A DNA stretch of 32,000 bases, from positions 2,601,127 to 2,633,126 of the forward strand of contig NC_004459.3 in NCBI RefSeq assembly GCF_000039765.1, read 5' to 3'. Source of the DNA: Vibrio vulnificus CMCP6 (GTDB taxonomy: Bacteria; Pseudomonadota; Gammaproteobacteria; Enterobacterales; Vibrionaceae). The translations under genes and the position numbers were made by a program. Positions 1 through 9,895 of the stretch are shown piece by piece. Every line of letters begins with the position of its first letter. The stretch's first letter is position 1. The notes beneath the pieces are model-generated. The model was not told where the DNA came from. It was given only the letters and a program-made list of their open reading frames with translations, and made no database searches.

Positions 1-2
1 GC

Positions 3-206
3 CAACTCGACAAGCAATTTTCGTTACGACAGCCGGCCATTATCGATAGTTTTTCAGCCATAGGAGACAGCGAAAAAGAGTCTCAAGAGCTTTTTACTGT
101 CGAATACACCTATTTTGCTGAATCACTGGATTTCGAATGTGAGGTTTTATTTCTCATTGATAAACCTTCCGTTGGTATTATCTACGAAATTATGGAGTCA
201 CTATGA
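3..206 (+). CDS. 3' end of an unidentified upstream gene (last 67 codons; start lies outside the window)
   Basis: Frame 3 is open from the window edge to TGA at 204-206 (...IDKPSVGIIYEIMESL*). The stop overlaps the ATG of the next gene (ATGA at 203-206). It is absent from the ORF track because it has no start in the window. No family recognised. Confidence 0.45.
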   Translation, partial: QLDKQFSLRQPAIIDSFSAIGDSEKESQELFTVEYTYFAESLDFECEVLFLIDKPSVGIIYEIMESL

Positions 207-1165
207 ACTCTGATCTCACGTTAAATATCGCCGATTTTCACTGGGTGACGCAGATACTCGATACTATGGACTCTGGACTGGTGGTGATTGACCGCTCTTA
301 CAACGTCTGTGTTTGGAACAGCTTCATGCAATCCTATAGTGGCGTTATGTCTCAGACAATCTTGGGTAAGAATCTCTTTGAGTTTTTTTCTGATTTACCT
401 CGTACTTGGTTAGAAACTAAGGTCAATACCGCCGCAATATTGGAAACTCGCTCTTTCTCGAGTTGGGAAAACCGTCCTTATCTTTTCAAGTTTCATAACT
501 TTTCACCTGTTTCCAATGGCAGTACCTACATGTATCAGGATATTGTCATTACACCATTGCGCTCACTGTGTGGTGACGTTAGCCATGTCGCCATTCAAAT
601 TAATGACGTTTCTGAAATTGCACGCAGTAAAACGCATTTGAAAGAAACCAACCACCATCTATCAGAAATCAGCCGTCGCGATGGCTTAACGGGCCTGTTT
701 AACCGCGCCTTTTGGGAGCAGTCGCTCAAAGAAGAGTTTTCTCGGATGCAGTTTTTGGACACGCCGAGCTCTTTGGTCATTTTTGATATTGACCACTTTA
801 AAAAAGTCAACGATACCTATGGGCATCACGCAGGTGATGAGGTAATACGTAGGACCGCATCTTTACTGAAGAAAACCGCGAGAAACAGTGATCTGTGTGG
901 TCGATTTGGTGGCGAAGAGTTTACGGTTATGCTGCCTCATACCAGCGCTGATCAGGCGCGTTATTTTTCAGAGCGGTTACGAAAACGTATTGAGCAAGAA
1001 ATTGTTTGCGTGGAAAAATTTGCGATTAATTACACCATCAGTTTGGGTGTCTGTGAATTTGATGCAAAATTCACCTCTCATACTGAGTGGCTAAAAGCGG
1101 CAGACAGTGCGTTATATCACTCAAAAGAAGGGGGCAGGAACCAAACGACCGTTCATGAAGAGTGA
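203..1165 (+). CDS. PAS-GGDEF diguanylate cyclase
   Basis: 320-aa ORF. The N-terminal part is PAS-like (LDTMDSGLVVIDRSYNVCVWN). The C-terminal GGDEF domain has an intact GGEEF active site (RFGGEEF) and an RxxD I-site (RNSD) five residues upstream. Confidence 0.9.
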   Translation: MNSDLTLNIADFHWVTQILDTMDSGLVVIDRSYNVCVWNSFMQSYSGVMSQTILGKNLFEFFSDLPRTWLETKVNTAAILETRSFSSWENRPYLFKFHNFSPVSNGSTYMYQDIVITPLRSLCGDVSHVAIQINDVSEIARSKTHLKETNHHLSEISRRDGLTGLFNRAFWEQSLKEEFSRMQFLDTPSSLVIFDIDHFKKVNDTYGHHAGDEVIRRTASLLKKTARNSDLCGRFGGEEFTVMLPHTSADQARYFSERLRKRIEQEIVCVEKFAINYTISLGVCEFDAKFTSHTEWLKAADSALYHSKEGGRNQTTVHEE

Positions 1166-1322
1166 TCTTTGTTCGCTTTTGGTGCAAAGTCCGCCATATA
1201 GTCAAATTCTGGCAATTATAATTGATTAAATGGATGAAATTTTCTCGACATGGCTTAGTATTAACAGAGAGAAAAAAGATGTAAGCTTACACAGTAAGTA
1301 AGCATTCAGACGGAGAAAAAGA

Positions 1323-1667
1323 GTGGTTGTTGAAACCGATGGATACTTAGCTCTTATTGAGCACCTTGCCTTAAATCTTGATGTATTCGCGTCTGACGTT
1401 GGCGATACGGGCACAGAAACCATTGAAGATGTGGTGACAGACATGATCGCCTCAAACATCATGGCGATTTTTGAACAGAACCCAGAGCTGCATTCTAGCG
1501 TTCGCTTTAAACTGTTAAAAGAAGCGGATTCAGTCGCAGAAGATCTAGGAGAAGTTCTGGCAGGGGTATGGCTCAAAAAAGCCACTAATGAACAGATCAA
1601 CTTTTTAGATGAGTATATTGCTTTAGTAAAAAATCTGTTCGATACCGCTGTAGCAAAATACGACTAA
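1323..1667 (+). CDS. small acidic cytoplasmic protein of unknown function (114 aa)
   Basis: GTG start about 7 nt after GGAG. The ORF is uninterrupted and has no signal peptide or TM segment. It resembles small Vibrio-type hypothetical proteins, but I cannot assign a family with certainty. Confidence 0.55.
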   Translation: MVVETDGYLALIEHLALNLDVFASDVGDTGTETIEDVVTDMIASNIMAIFEQNPELHSSVRFKLLKEADSVAEDLGEVLAGVWLKKATNEQINFLDEYIALVKNLFDTAVAKYD

Positions 1668-1709
1668 GCCGTAATATTCGCTGATTTGTTTTTAGTCCGC
1701 ACTATTCAT

Positions 1710-1740
1710 AAGAAGGGTTACATTGTAACCCTTCTTATTT
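1710..1740. terminator. hairpin between convergent genes (putative bidirectional terminator)
   Basis: Perfect 13-bp inverted repeat AAGAAGGGTTACA (1710-1722) / TGTAACCCTTCTT (1724-1736) followed by ATTT. It overlaps the last codons of the minus-strand gene. Confidence 0.5.
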
Positions 1741-2185
1741 GCCAAAACTTACTCGCCCAATATGGATTATCCGTTCTCGAAATGATGACCCCTTTTGAAG
1801 TGGACGCGTGCATGAACTGCTGGTGGTTGAGATAGATCCCCACGTGATAATCGGATTTCGTTGTTTTGAAGAATAGTAGATCGCCTTGTTGCCTCTCTTC
1901 CCAACGTATCGGTTGGGAAGCATTAAACTGTGCCAAGGTCGTTCTTGGTAGCGCTCGTTGATAGGCGTAGAGAAACGCTTGTTGTACAAAAGCAGAGCAA
2001 TCAATCCCTTCTTTAGTATTCCCACCAAACTGATAGGGCGTGCCATACCATTCGCCATAAAACGTTTTTAGCTCTCGGTTTTGTTCCCAAAGTGCTGCTG
2101 ATGTCTCTGGCGCTTTCGGGCTTTGGCTACAACCACTTAGCAACACAAAAATGGATATGATAATGAATCGGTTAAATTGAGCCAC
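1718..2185 (-). CDS. NlpC/P60-family (C40 peptidase) lipoprotein
   Basis: 155 aa with a GTG start. Lipoprotein signal with lipobox LLSGC. Catalytic Cys context GIDCSAFVQ with downstream His residues (DYHVGIY, FMHAS). Size is similar to E. coli NlpC. Confidence 0.85.
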   Translation of the reverse strand: MAQFNRFIIISIFVLLSGCSQSPKAPETSAALWEQNRELKTFYGEWYGTPYQFGGNTKEGIDCSAFVQQAFLYAYQRALPRTTLAQFNASQPIRWEERQQGDLLFFKTTKSDYHVGIYLNHQQFMHASTSKGVIISRTDNPYWASKFWQIRRVTM

Positions 2186-2290
2186 TTGTCATCTCGCTGT
2201 CTTATATTTGTCACGTAAGCGTCACAGCCATCTCATAGACTCACCCCCAATCACATACTGATTTCTGTGAATGGATTTACTGGTTTGTCT

Positions 2291-4318
2291 ATGTCTTTCA
2301 ATAAACGCTACTCTTTGTCGCTGATCCAAATGATCAGTGGTTTATTCATTACTTTCCTTCTGTTTGTTGTTGCATTGTCGTCATCGAGTTACCGTGGTGT
2401 CAATCAAATCGGTGTACAGTTTGACACCTTATCAGAGCAAGCTCTCCCTTTAGCACTCAATAACGCCAAACTTACCCAAAGTATTCTCGAGCAAATAAAG
2501 TTACTCAATTACAGCTCAACGTTGGAAAGCGCAACAGAACTAGACGCGACGCGAGCTAGGATTGAACAGCTTAACGACACCATCGCTTTGTTGATCGCTC
2601 AAGTGACGGAAATGGGTGAGCGATTTGAACATGTTGTCACTAAAGACGAAAAAAAAAGCTTGCTTGAGAATGCCAGTCGCCTTCAACAACTGAGTTATCG
2701 AGTCATTGAGTCTCAAGTGCAGACGATCAGTGAGCAAGAGGATCTTGATAAAAGCATCTCCACCTTTCGCTATGGGCTAAGTTCAATTGGCCCTGAAATG
2801 ACACGTATCAGCTCTTTTCTCGCCATCGACAATCCTGAGTCACAGGATGCCTCTAACCGCTTTAGTGCGGGTGCAAGTTCAATGGAAAGTACGTTCTTGA
2901 TGTTGCTGATGCAACGTGATCTGGCGGGTGCAGAGAAAGAGTACCAAGAAATGAAAAACCGCATCGCCGGTATAGAATTAGCGTTTGACGACTTTAAAGA
3001 TTGGCACCCAGATGTCATGGAGTTTACAAGTCTCACTGCGCCATACAACATCGTGCTGGATGGCTTCAGAGCGAATGGCTTACTTTCTTTAGTGATGGCC
3101 AGGGTAGAGCGCCAACAAGCTCAGCAGTTCGATATCCAACAAGCGACCATGTTGTCCAATAACACGCTTAATTTGCTCAATGACATCTCCACCTCTTCGA
3201 TGGCACTTATCGACGATAGTGAACAGATTGTCCACCAAACGATCGAACGACTGGTCTCACTGCTTTTGATTGGCAGCGCGGTCGTTGCTATCGTCATTGT
3301 TATCGCTGGGATTCGTTTTCAAGCATGGGTCAACAGTGGCTTACGCAATACACTCGCTGGTTTGTCCGCAATGGCCGATAACGACTACCGAAATGACATT
3401 GTGTCAGCTGGGCCAAGAGAGCTGAAAGAAATCAGCATGAAACTTAATCAAGTGATCGCCTCGACACGATCATCGCTGAGTATCGTTACCAACAATTGTG
3501 AATCACTCTATCAAAGTGCAGAGACCAGCCATTACGCGGCTGAACACTCGAGTGCAAGTTTGGCCAATCAAAACGACTCCCTCGCCACCATTGCGACTAC
3601 CGTCGCGCAGTTGGAAGCATCCATCGACAGCATTGCGCAAATGACGTCGGCATCAAGCAATGATGCAAACGAGGCGGCGCAAAGCACAACGCATGGTGTC
3701 GATGTGGTCGAAGAGAGTTTAGCACGATTGGAATCACTGCAATTGACGCTCAATGTTAACGAAGAAGCGATGAGTGAGCTTGATCTGCGTGTAGATGCGA
3801 TACGCGAGATGGTCGACATGATCAGTGGTATTGCAGCCAATACTAACCTCCTTGCTCTGAATGCGGCGATTGAAGCTGCGAGAGCGGGCGAGCAGGGCAG
3901 AGGCTTTGCCGTAGTTGCCGATGAAGTCCGAAAACTTGCCAGTGATACTTCAAAGCAAACCAGTAATATTAGCGAAATGATCAGTGAACTGACGTTAGCG
4001 GCGGATAAGAGTCGCCATGCGGTTGAAGATTCGCGTAAAGGAATGTCACAAGCGCTGCTTTCAAGCGGTGAGGTTCGGTCTGCATTCTCTGATATCGCAC
4101 GGGTAGTACAACAGATCCGAGCGAGAGTTGAACAAATTACCCATGCCACTCAAGAGCAGCAGAGAGCAACCGTCGATGTGACTCGTGCCATTGTCCATAT
4201 CTCTGATCAAGGTGAGCAAACCCGCACACAATTGGAAGCGATGGTGGAGAGTTCGCACCAAGTATCGAGCATTGCCGCCAAACAACAAGAGATGCTGCAT
4301 AGCTACCAACTTGCGTGA
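2291..4318 (+). CDS. methyl-accepting chemotaxis protein (large helical periplasmic domain)
   Basis: N-terminal TM, a roughly 290-aa periplasmic region, a second TM ([17 protein letters not shown]), HAMP, and the conserved signalling hairpin [32 protein letters not shown]. The ORF track begins at GTG 2267. I prefer ATG 2291 (MSFNKRY...), but the start is uncertain. Confidence 0.9.
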   Translation: MSFNKRYSLSLIQMISGLFITFLLFVVALSSSSYRGVNQIGVQFDTLSEQALPLALNNAKLTQSILEQIKLLNYSSTLESATELDATRARIEQLNDTIALLIAQVTEMGERFEHVVTKDEKKSLLENASRLQQLSYRVIESQVQTISEQEDLDKSISTFRYGLSSIGPEMTRISSFLAIDNPESQDASNRFSAGASSMESTFLMLLMQRDLAGAEKEYQEMKNRIAGIELAFDDFKDWHPDVMEFTSLTAPYNIVLDGFRANGLLSLVMARVERQQAQQFDIQQATMLSNNTLNLLNDISTSSMALIDDSEQIVHQTIERLVSLLLIGSAVVAIVIVIAGIRFQAWVNSGLRNTLAGLSAMADNDYRNDIVSAGPRELKEISMKLNQVIASTRSSLSIVTNNCESLYQSAETSHYAAEHSSASLANQNDSLATIATTVAQLEASIDSIAQMTSASSNDANEAAQSTTHGVDVVEESLARLESLQLTLNVNEEAMSELDLRVDAIREMVDMISGIAANTNLLALNAAIEAARAGEQGRGFAVVADEVRKLASDTSKQTSNISEMISELTLAADKSRHAVEDSRKGMSQALLSSGEVRSAFSDIARVVQQIRARVEQITHATQEQQRATVDVTRAIVHISDQGEQTRTQLEAMVESSHQVSSIAAKQQEMLHSYQLA

Positions 4319-4341
4319 CGTTCCACCGTACTCTAGTGGAT

Positions 4342-5148
4342 TCAGAAATGGTTTCTAAACGGCTGGGTGAGCATCTTATCGAGCCGTTGTTCATTAGGAT
4401 TGCGAATCTCTGGAATGCCAATAACAACGCCTTCATGACCCGCTTTAGGTTGTTCACGATACGTATGGAAACAGCGGTCCCAAATAGACAGGAAGAAGCC
4501 AAAATTGGAATGGGTTTCCTTCACTTCAATGGAGTGATGCACTCTGTGCATATCTGGAGTCACGATCCACTTTCTTAACCAATGATCAACGGTTAAAGGC
4601 AGCTTGGCGTTACTGTGGTTAAACATCGCACTTACATTGAGGATGATTTCAAACACCACCACCGCGAGAGGTGATACGCCAAGTAAGCTGACAAACGTTA
4701 TTTTGATCACCATAGAGAGCAAGATCTCTATTGGATGAAAACGAGTTCCTGTCGTGACATCAATATCCAAATCAGCGTGGTGCATTCGATGTAATCGCCA
4801 CAGCGGTTTTATGCGATGGAACAGCAAATGCTGGCAATAGATAATGAAATCCAACAGCAATACCGACAATAGGATATTGACGATGTCGCTCAAACCGAGC
4901 AGATGGAAAAGGCCGAATTGATGCTGCCGGGCCAAGATTGCCGCTTGGAAAGCGACAATAGGAAGCAGTAACGCAACTAAAACACTATTAAGCAGCACAA
5001 GCGAGAGATTGTTCAGCCAGCGAAACGAGCGTGAAACTGTCCATGGTTTACGCGGCCGTTTATTCTCCCACAATAAACACAGCAGCAAGGTTCCAACAAA
5101 AAATCCCATGCGGATAAGAGACGGATCGGTCATGGCGGTTTGGTTCAT
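4342..5148 (-). CDS. fatty acid hydroxylase / sterol desaturase-family membrane protein
   Basis: 268 aa with multiple hydrophobic segments. Histidine boxes HLLFH, HRMHH and HRVHH are present. RBS AGGGA lies upstream of the ATG. Confidence 0.8.
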   Translation of the reverse strand: MNQTAMTDPSLIRMGFFVGTLLLCLLWENKRPRKPWTVSRSFRWLNNLSLVLLNSVLVALLLPIVAFQAAILARQHQFGLFHLLGLSDIVNILLSVLLLDFIIYCQHLLFHRIKPLWRLHRMHHADLDIDVTTGTRFHPIEILLSMVIKITFVSLLGVSPLAVVVFEIILNVSAMFNHSNAKLPLTVDHWLRKWIVTPDMHRVHHSIEVKETHSNFGFFLSIWDRCFHTYREQPKAGHEGVVIGIPEIRNPNEQRLDKMLTQPFRNHF

Positions 5149-5265
5149 GGAATTTCCCTACCTGGTTATTGATACGGGTGACGGACACGACAAGCCAGTG
5201 AGAGCTTGTCGTGTGAGAGAACTGCCGATAAAATCGTGCACCCATTTCTATAATTGATACACTTC

Positions 5266-6021
5266 ATGCGCATTCACGCTTTTCATCGGTTATATCAATA
5301 CCGTCAGTCGATCTCAACAAAACCTTTTCACGCTCGTGGCTGCAACATCAAGCGGTGTGTCTATTGCCAAGTGGTTGAAACGCACTGCCTGTGCAAGTTC
5401 CAACCAAATATAGAGACCGATGTAGCCTGCATGTTGATTGTGTCGGACAACGAAGTGTTTAAACCGAGCAATACTGGGCGTCTGATTGCTGACACGGTAA
5501 AAGAAACCTATGTCTATCAATGGAATCGAACCGAGCCAGATCCCCATATGCTGGCACTCCTCAATGATGCCAATTATCGACCAGTGATAGTCTTTCCCGC
5601 AGACTATGTCGACGATGCTTCACGTCTGATTGATATTGCAAAAGTTAGTCAGCAAACCCAAGCGAATGGCGACAAAGTGAAATGGCTGTTTGTGTTTCTC
5701 GATGGCAGTTGGCGTGAAGCGAGAAAAATCTTCCGACGTTCTGAATTTTTACAGTCTCTTCCCGTACTGTCTGTTTCCCCTGAGCGTGTCTCGGAATATC
5801 TGATGCGCCGCTCAGAGAATGAACAGCATCTATCGACAGTGGAAGTGGCATCATTGGTGTTGCAGCAAGCTGGGCAGCAAGAGGCCGCAGATTGCCTACA
5901 AGCGTGGTTTCAAACATTCAGAGAAAGTTATCTGCTCAGCAAAAGTCGTGGAAAAGGTGATGTCTCTCGCCCGGCCTTGCAACATTTCATCACCCATTAC
6001 AAAAGCGAGAGTTCACTCTAA
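5266..6021 (+). CDS. DTW-domain protein (TapT/YfiP-like tRNA aminocarboxypropyltransferase family)
   Basis: N-terminal Cys cluster (CNIKRCVYCQVVETHCLC) and a DGSWREARK motif at the DTW position. Size is comparable to YfiP. The ORF track start is TTG 5254; I chose the first ATG at 5266. The start is uncertain. Confidence 0.7.
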   Translation: MRIHAFHRLYQYRQSISTKPFHARGCNIKRCVYCQVVETHCLCKFQPNIETDVACMLIVSDNEVFKPSNTGRLIADTVKETYVYQWNRTEPDPHMLALLNDANYRPVIVFPADYVDDASRLIDIAKVSQQTQANGDKVKWLFVFLDGSWREARKIFRRSEFLQSLPVLSVSPERVSEYLMRRSENEQHLSTVEVASLVLQQAGQQEAADCLQAWFQTFRESYLLSKSRGKGDVSRPALQHFITHYKSESSL

Positions 6022-6196
6022 GCTTTGCAATTCGGTTGCTGGCAACTTGCGCAAACAGAAGTCATGAAAAGATAAATCCTGCCTGTGTCACGGTTTGCAG
6101 GCGTAGAGATATGGATAATGGCGCTAGTTTTTATAATTTACGCTTATTTTAGGGGCTCATTTTTGGCTCCATGCAGCAATTTCAGGAGAGAAATTC

Positions 6197-7108
6197 ATGT
6201 ATTACGGCTTTGATGTTGGTGGCACTAAAATCGAATTTGGTGCGTTTAACGAAAAACTAGAGCGCGTGGCAACAGAGCGTGTTCCGACACCAACCGACGA
6301 TTATCCGTTATTGTTAGAAACCATCGCAGGTCTTGTCGCAAAATATGACCAAGAGTTCGCTTGTGAAGGCAAAATTGGCCTTGGTTTACCAGGCATGGAA
6401 GACGCTGACGATGCAACGGTACTGACGGTTAACGTACCTGCGGCAAAAGGCAAGCCGTTACGTGCGGATCTGGAAGCCAAAATTGGTCGTAGCGTAAAAA
6501 TTGAAAACGATGCGAACTGTTTTGCACTCTCTGAAGCATGGGATGAAGAATTGCAAGACGCGCCATCAGTGATGGGGTTGATCTTAGGTACGGGCTTTGG
6601 TGGCGGTTTGATCTACGAAGGCAAAGTCTTCTCAGGTCGCAATAACGTTGCTGGTGAGCTTGGTCACATGCGCTTGCCATTGGATGCATGGTTCCATTTA
6701 GGCGACAACGCGCCGCTGCTAGGTTGTGGCTGTGGTAAAAAAGGCTGTTTAGACAGTTACCTTTCTGGCCGTGGTTTTGAATTACTTTACGCGCATTACT
6801 ACGGTGAAGAGAAGAAAGCCATCGACATCATCAAGGCCAACGCAGCAGGCGATGAGAAAGCTGCTGAGCATGTCGAACGTTTTATGGAACTTCTTGCGAT
6901 CTGTTTTGGTAACATCTTCACCGCGAATGACCCACACGTTGTTGCTCTCGGTGGTGGCTTGTCGAACTTTGAACTGATTTATGAAGAGATGCCAAAGCGT
7001 GTGCCTAAGTATCTGCTTTCTGTCGCTAAGTGTCCTAAGATCATCAAAGCAAAACACGGCGATTCAGGCGGTGTACGTGGTGCAGCGTTCTTGAACATCA
7101 AAGGCTAA
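6197..7108 (+). CDS. nagK: N-acetyl-D-glucosamine kinase (ROK family)
   Basis: 303 aa. The N-terminus [17 protein letters not shown] carries the ROK ATP-binding motif, and the Zn motif [10 protein letters not shown] is present. Strong RBS (CAGGAGAG). Length and sequence are typical of NagK. Confidence 0.9.
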   Translation: MYYGFDVGGTKIEFGAFNEKLERVATERVPTPTDDYPLLLETIAGLVAKYDQEFACEGKIGLGLPGMEDADDATVLTVNVPAAKGKPLRADLEAKIGRSVKIENDANCFALSEAWDEELQDAPSVMGLILGTGFGGGLIYEGKVFSGRNNVAGELGHMRLPLDAWFHLGDNAPLLGCGCGKKGCLDSYLSGRGFELLYAHYYGEEKKAIDIIKANAAGDEKAAEHVERFMELLAICFGNIFTANDPHVVALGGGLSNFELIYEEMPKRVPKYLLSVAKCPKIIKAKHGDSGGVRGAAFLNIKG

Positions 7109-7130
7109 TGCGCTGCAAAAAACCTTGATG

Positions 7131-7163
7131 AAAAAGGCTTGCATCATGCAAGCCTTTTCTTTT
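7131..7163. terminator. bidirectional rho-independent terminator
   Basis: AAAAAGGCTTGCAT-C-ATGCAAGCCTTTTCTTTT: a 9-bp GC-containing stem flanked by an A-run and a T-run, between convergent nagK (+) and the 7203-7469 gene (-). Confidence 0.7.
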
Positions 7164-7202
7164 AGACCCATTCCATCACGGGAAATACGCAAGCAAAGCG
7201 AA

Positions 7203-7469
7203 CTACTTATTCTTCTTACCTACGCCTAGGTTCTCTTTCTGTTTCATCGTGATCACGCCAAAGCCAAGCTTTTTAAAGTGATTGTCACGGTAGTTGCGCA
7301 CGGCTTTCGTATCAGAAATCGCTTCAATTTGCTGTTCCATTTTCAGATAGTCGCGAATATCAATTCCTTCCGCTTCTGCAACCGCTTCATGAATATTACG
7401 GTGTTTTTCGTAAGAAAATGGCAAAGTTTTTTCAACACCTTTATAGGTGTAAATAATGGTACGAATCAT
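7203..7469 (-). CDS. small conserved hypothetical protein (88 aa from ATG 7469)
   Basis: The ORF track start at 7481 is a TTG. ATG 7469 (MIRTIIYTYKG...) follows GAGAG. The product is basic at its C-terminus with no TM segment. From memory it resembles a small DUF-type family common in Vibrio/Shewanella; this is not verifiable here. Confidence 0.55.
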   Translation of the reverse strand: MIRTIIYTYKGVEKTLPFSYEKHRNIHEAVAEAEGIDIRDYLKMEQQIEAISDTKAVRNYRDNHFKKLGFGVITMKQKENLGVGKKNK

Positions 7470-7480
7470 GAAATCTCTCA

Positions 7481-7505
7481 AAATAAAAGGCCAGACGCGC
7501 TGACC
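7481..7505 (-). terminator. rho-independent terminator of the tup-mob-moeA operon
   Basis: The minus-strand RNA reads AAGGUCAG-CGCGU-CUGGCCUU followed by UUUUAUUUU (one G-U pair in the stem). It begins 28 nt after the moeA stop. Confidence 0.6.
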
Positions 7506-7532
7506 TTGTATCTGTTTCTAACAACAACAGGG

Positions 7533-9311
7533 CTAGATTCTGCCTTGAAGTGGAATAATTGTCACGCTTTCTCCCGTTTTTACGCTATCCACCGCGGGAG
7601 AAATTTCAATCAAGCAGTTGGCTTCACTCATCGAACGCAAAATGCCAGAGCCTTGTTTCCCAGTCGTGCGAACGGTTAGGCGGCCAGTTTCATCCAATTC
7701 ATAGACACCACGGCTAAACTCCGTGCGGCCTTGGCGAGAACGCAAATCTTCTTTGGCAATCGCACTGACTTTCAATGGCTTCCAGCCTAGCTCGCCTTGC
7801 ATTTTACGTACCGCAGGCTCAACAAAGTTGATGAATGATACCATCACGGCAACAGGGTTGCCCGGCAGGCCAAAAAACGGTTTTTCATTGATCTGACCAA
7901 ATGCTAATGGGCGCCCAGGACGCATATTGATGCGCCAGAAATCAATTTGTCCGAGCTTGTCGAGAGCCAGTTTGATGTAGTCGGCATCGCCAACGGACAC
8001 GCCACCCGAAGTAATGACCACATCCGCTTGCTGCGCTGCGCTTTCTAGTGCGTCGATCATCGATTGCTCGTTGTCTTCTAGAATGCCGAAGTCCAAGATG
8101 TCACAGCCGAGCTTCTCAAGCATGCCCATAATGGTAAAACGGTTTGAATCGTAGATAGAGTTCGCTTTCTGTTCTGTACCAGGCGCTTGAACTTCGTCGC
8201 CGGTGGAGAAGACTGCCACTTTCAACTTACGTAATACATTGGCTTGTGCAAAACCAAGAGAAGCCATCATGCCCATTTCAGGTGAGGCGAGGCGAGTCCC
8301 TGCGGTAAACACGCTACTGCCGATGGTTAAGTCTTCACCCGCTTGGCGTACGTTTTGTCCGGCTTTGATGTTGGCACCATTGAAAGTGACCTTGTCACCG
8401 TCTTGATGCGCTTGCTCACGCATGACCACCGTATCTCCGTTGATGGGCGTTGGCGCACCGGTCATGATTTTGACCGCTTGCCCCAATTCTAACAGGTGTT
8501 CGTAGTGGTAACCGGCCAGCACTTCAGCCACGATCTGGTAACTTTCTCGCTGTAAGTCATCACTTCGAATGGCGTATCCATCCATCGCTGAGTTGGTGTA
8601 TTGCGGTACATTCACCGGAGAAATCACGTCGTGAGCCAGCACGCGCCCATAGGTGTGTTGTATCGGGCACGATTCAATATCACCCACAGTAGAGACGAGG
8701 GAGAGAATTTTCTCTTGCCCTTGGGCAACAGAAAGAAACGCCGGAGAAAGCGTATCGCAACATGCGGCAGGTGCATTTTGCGTGGCCACTTGCTGATGTT
8801 GGTGAACATAATCGAGGACAAATTGGCAAATCGCATCCAGATCATTGATGTTGAGTTGGGGCAGTGCGCTTTCTAACGGGCCACTGTCTGAAGCGATGGC
8901 AATAATGTTCTCATCATTAGGGTACAACCACGGTTTTCCGACTTCTTCACGATGCAATTCGATTTTGGGAAACGCAATGTTCTTGCAGCCTTCGACCAAA
9001 ATGACGTCAATCGTTTGCTGATCAAAGCGGCTAAGCAGGTAATCAAATTCCGATTCAGCCTCAGGGGTTTCTGTCATCAAGGCAAAACGATTTCTCGAAG
9101 CAATCAGCATTTGTGAGGCACCCGCTTTGCGTAAGCGGTAGCTGTCTTTACCTGGTTTATCGACGTCAAAATCATGATGAGCGTGTTTCAGTAACCCAAT
9201 TCGCAGACCTGCTGCGGTCAATTTTGGCAACAAGGCTTCCAGTAGGGTGGTTTTTCCTGTGCCTGAATAAGCAGCAAAGCCAAGTAAAGGCAAAGTGATG
9301 GTGTTTCTCAT
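7533..9311 (-). CDS. moeA: fused MobB (MGD-biosynthesis adaptor, P-loop) / MoeA (molybdopterin metal-insertase) protein
   Basis: 592 aa. Residues 1-170 align with E. coli MobB ([36 protein letters not shown]). After a short linker ([16 protein letters not shown]), the rest is MoeA-like ([26 protein letters not shown]). The ATG overlaps the mobA stop (ATGA). Confidence 0.9.
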
Positions 9312-9895
9312 GATTCTAGTTGTCCAAATTGGGTGAGTTCTTCAGGCGTGTTGAGGTTGACGAAACAGTCTGGAGAATCACTAAAATCCACATACTGTGT
9401 GTGACACTCTTTGTAGAGTAAGATGATTTTACGGTCACCGCGTTCTAAAAACGCCGTCAGTTTAGGCAAAACACGTTTGTGATACAGGGTAAAAACAGGT
9501 TGCTGATGATTGCCATCATGGGCAACCAAAATGTCGGTTTCATCCGTCACAGCACGACAAAAGCGCTCCACCAAGTCTTCATTGATACGGGGGCAGTCAC
9601 AAGGAACAAAACCAACCCAATCGGTACTCGCGTGCAGTAATCCGGCATGAATGCCGCCCATAGGACCAGGGAAATTTTGAAAATGATCGCCAAACACGGG
9701 ACCATATTGTTGGTAATCATCCTGATTGCGGTTGGCATTGATCAGAATGTTTGAAGTTTGCGGCGTTAGCCGGTCAATGACGTACTCAATCAACGGCTTA
9801 TTATTTAAGGCGATTAAGCCTTTGTCTTTACCGCCCATTCGGCTAGCTTGGCCGCCAGCTAAAATAACCCAACTAGTGAGTGTTGGTTGTAGCAT
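9308..9895 (-). CDS. mobA: molybdenum cofactor guanylyltransferase MobA
   Basis: [27 protein letters not shown] matches the MobA N-terminal LAGGxxxRMGG-DKG motif. I chose ATG 9895 by alignment with the E. coli MobA N-terminus; the ORF track start is 9931. The gene overlaps the tupC 3' end by 23 nt. Confidence 0.85.

Noticed and set aside
1280-1291. 12-bp perfect palindrome TGTAAGCTTACA upstream of the 114-aa gene
   Set aside because: Perfect 12-bp palindromes are expected several times by chance in 32 kb (about 32000/4096), and there is no supporting second copy.
3568-4149. Long antisense ORFs inside the MCP genes (for example 3568-4149 on the minus strand, 21649-22167 on the plus strand) and other nested ORFs in the track
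   Set aside because: They are Ala/Ser/Cys/Arg-rich mirror frames of the highly conserved MCP signalling domains. They have no RBS or recognisable domains, and the sense-strand genes explain the open frames.
4319-4341. Terminator between the convergent MCP and desaturase-family genes
   Set aside because: There is only a 5-bp stem (TCCAC/GTGGA) with a 9-nt loop and no U-tract, which is not convincing.
6164-6179. Sigma-54-like TGGCTC-CATGC-AGCAA upstream of nagK
   Set aside because: The GG-to-GC spacing is one nucleotide short and the -12 TTGC is missing, so it does not fit the -24/-12 geometry.
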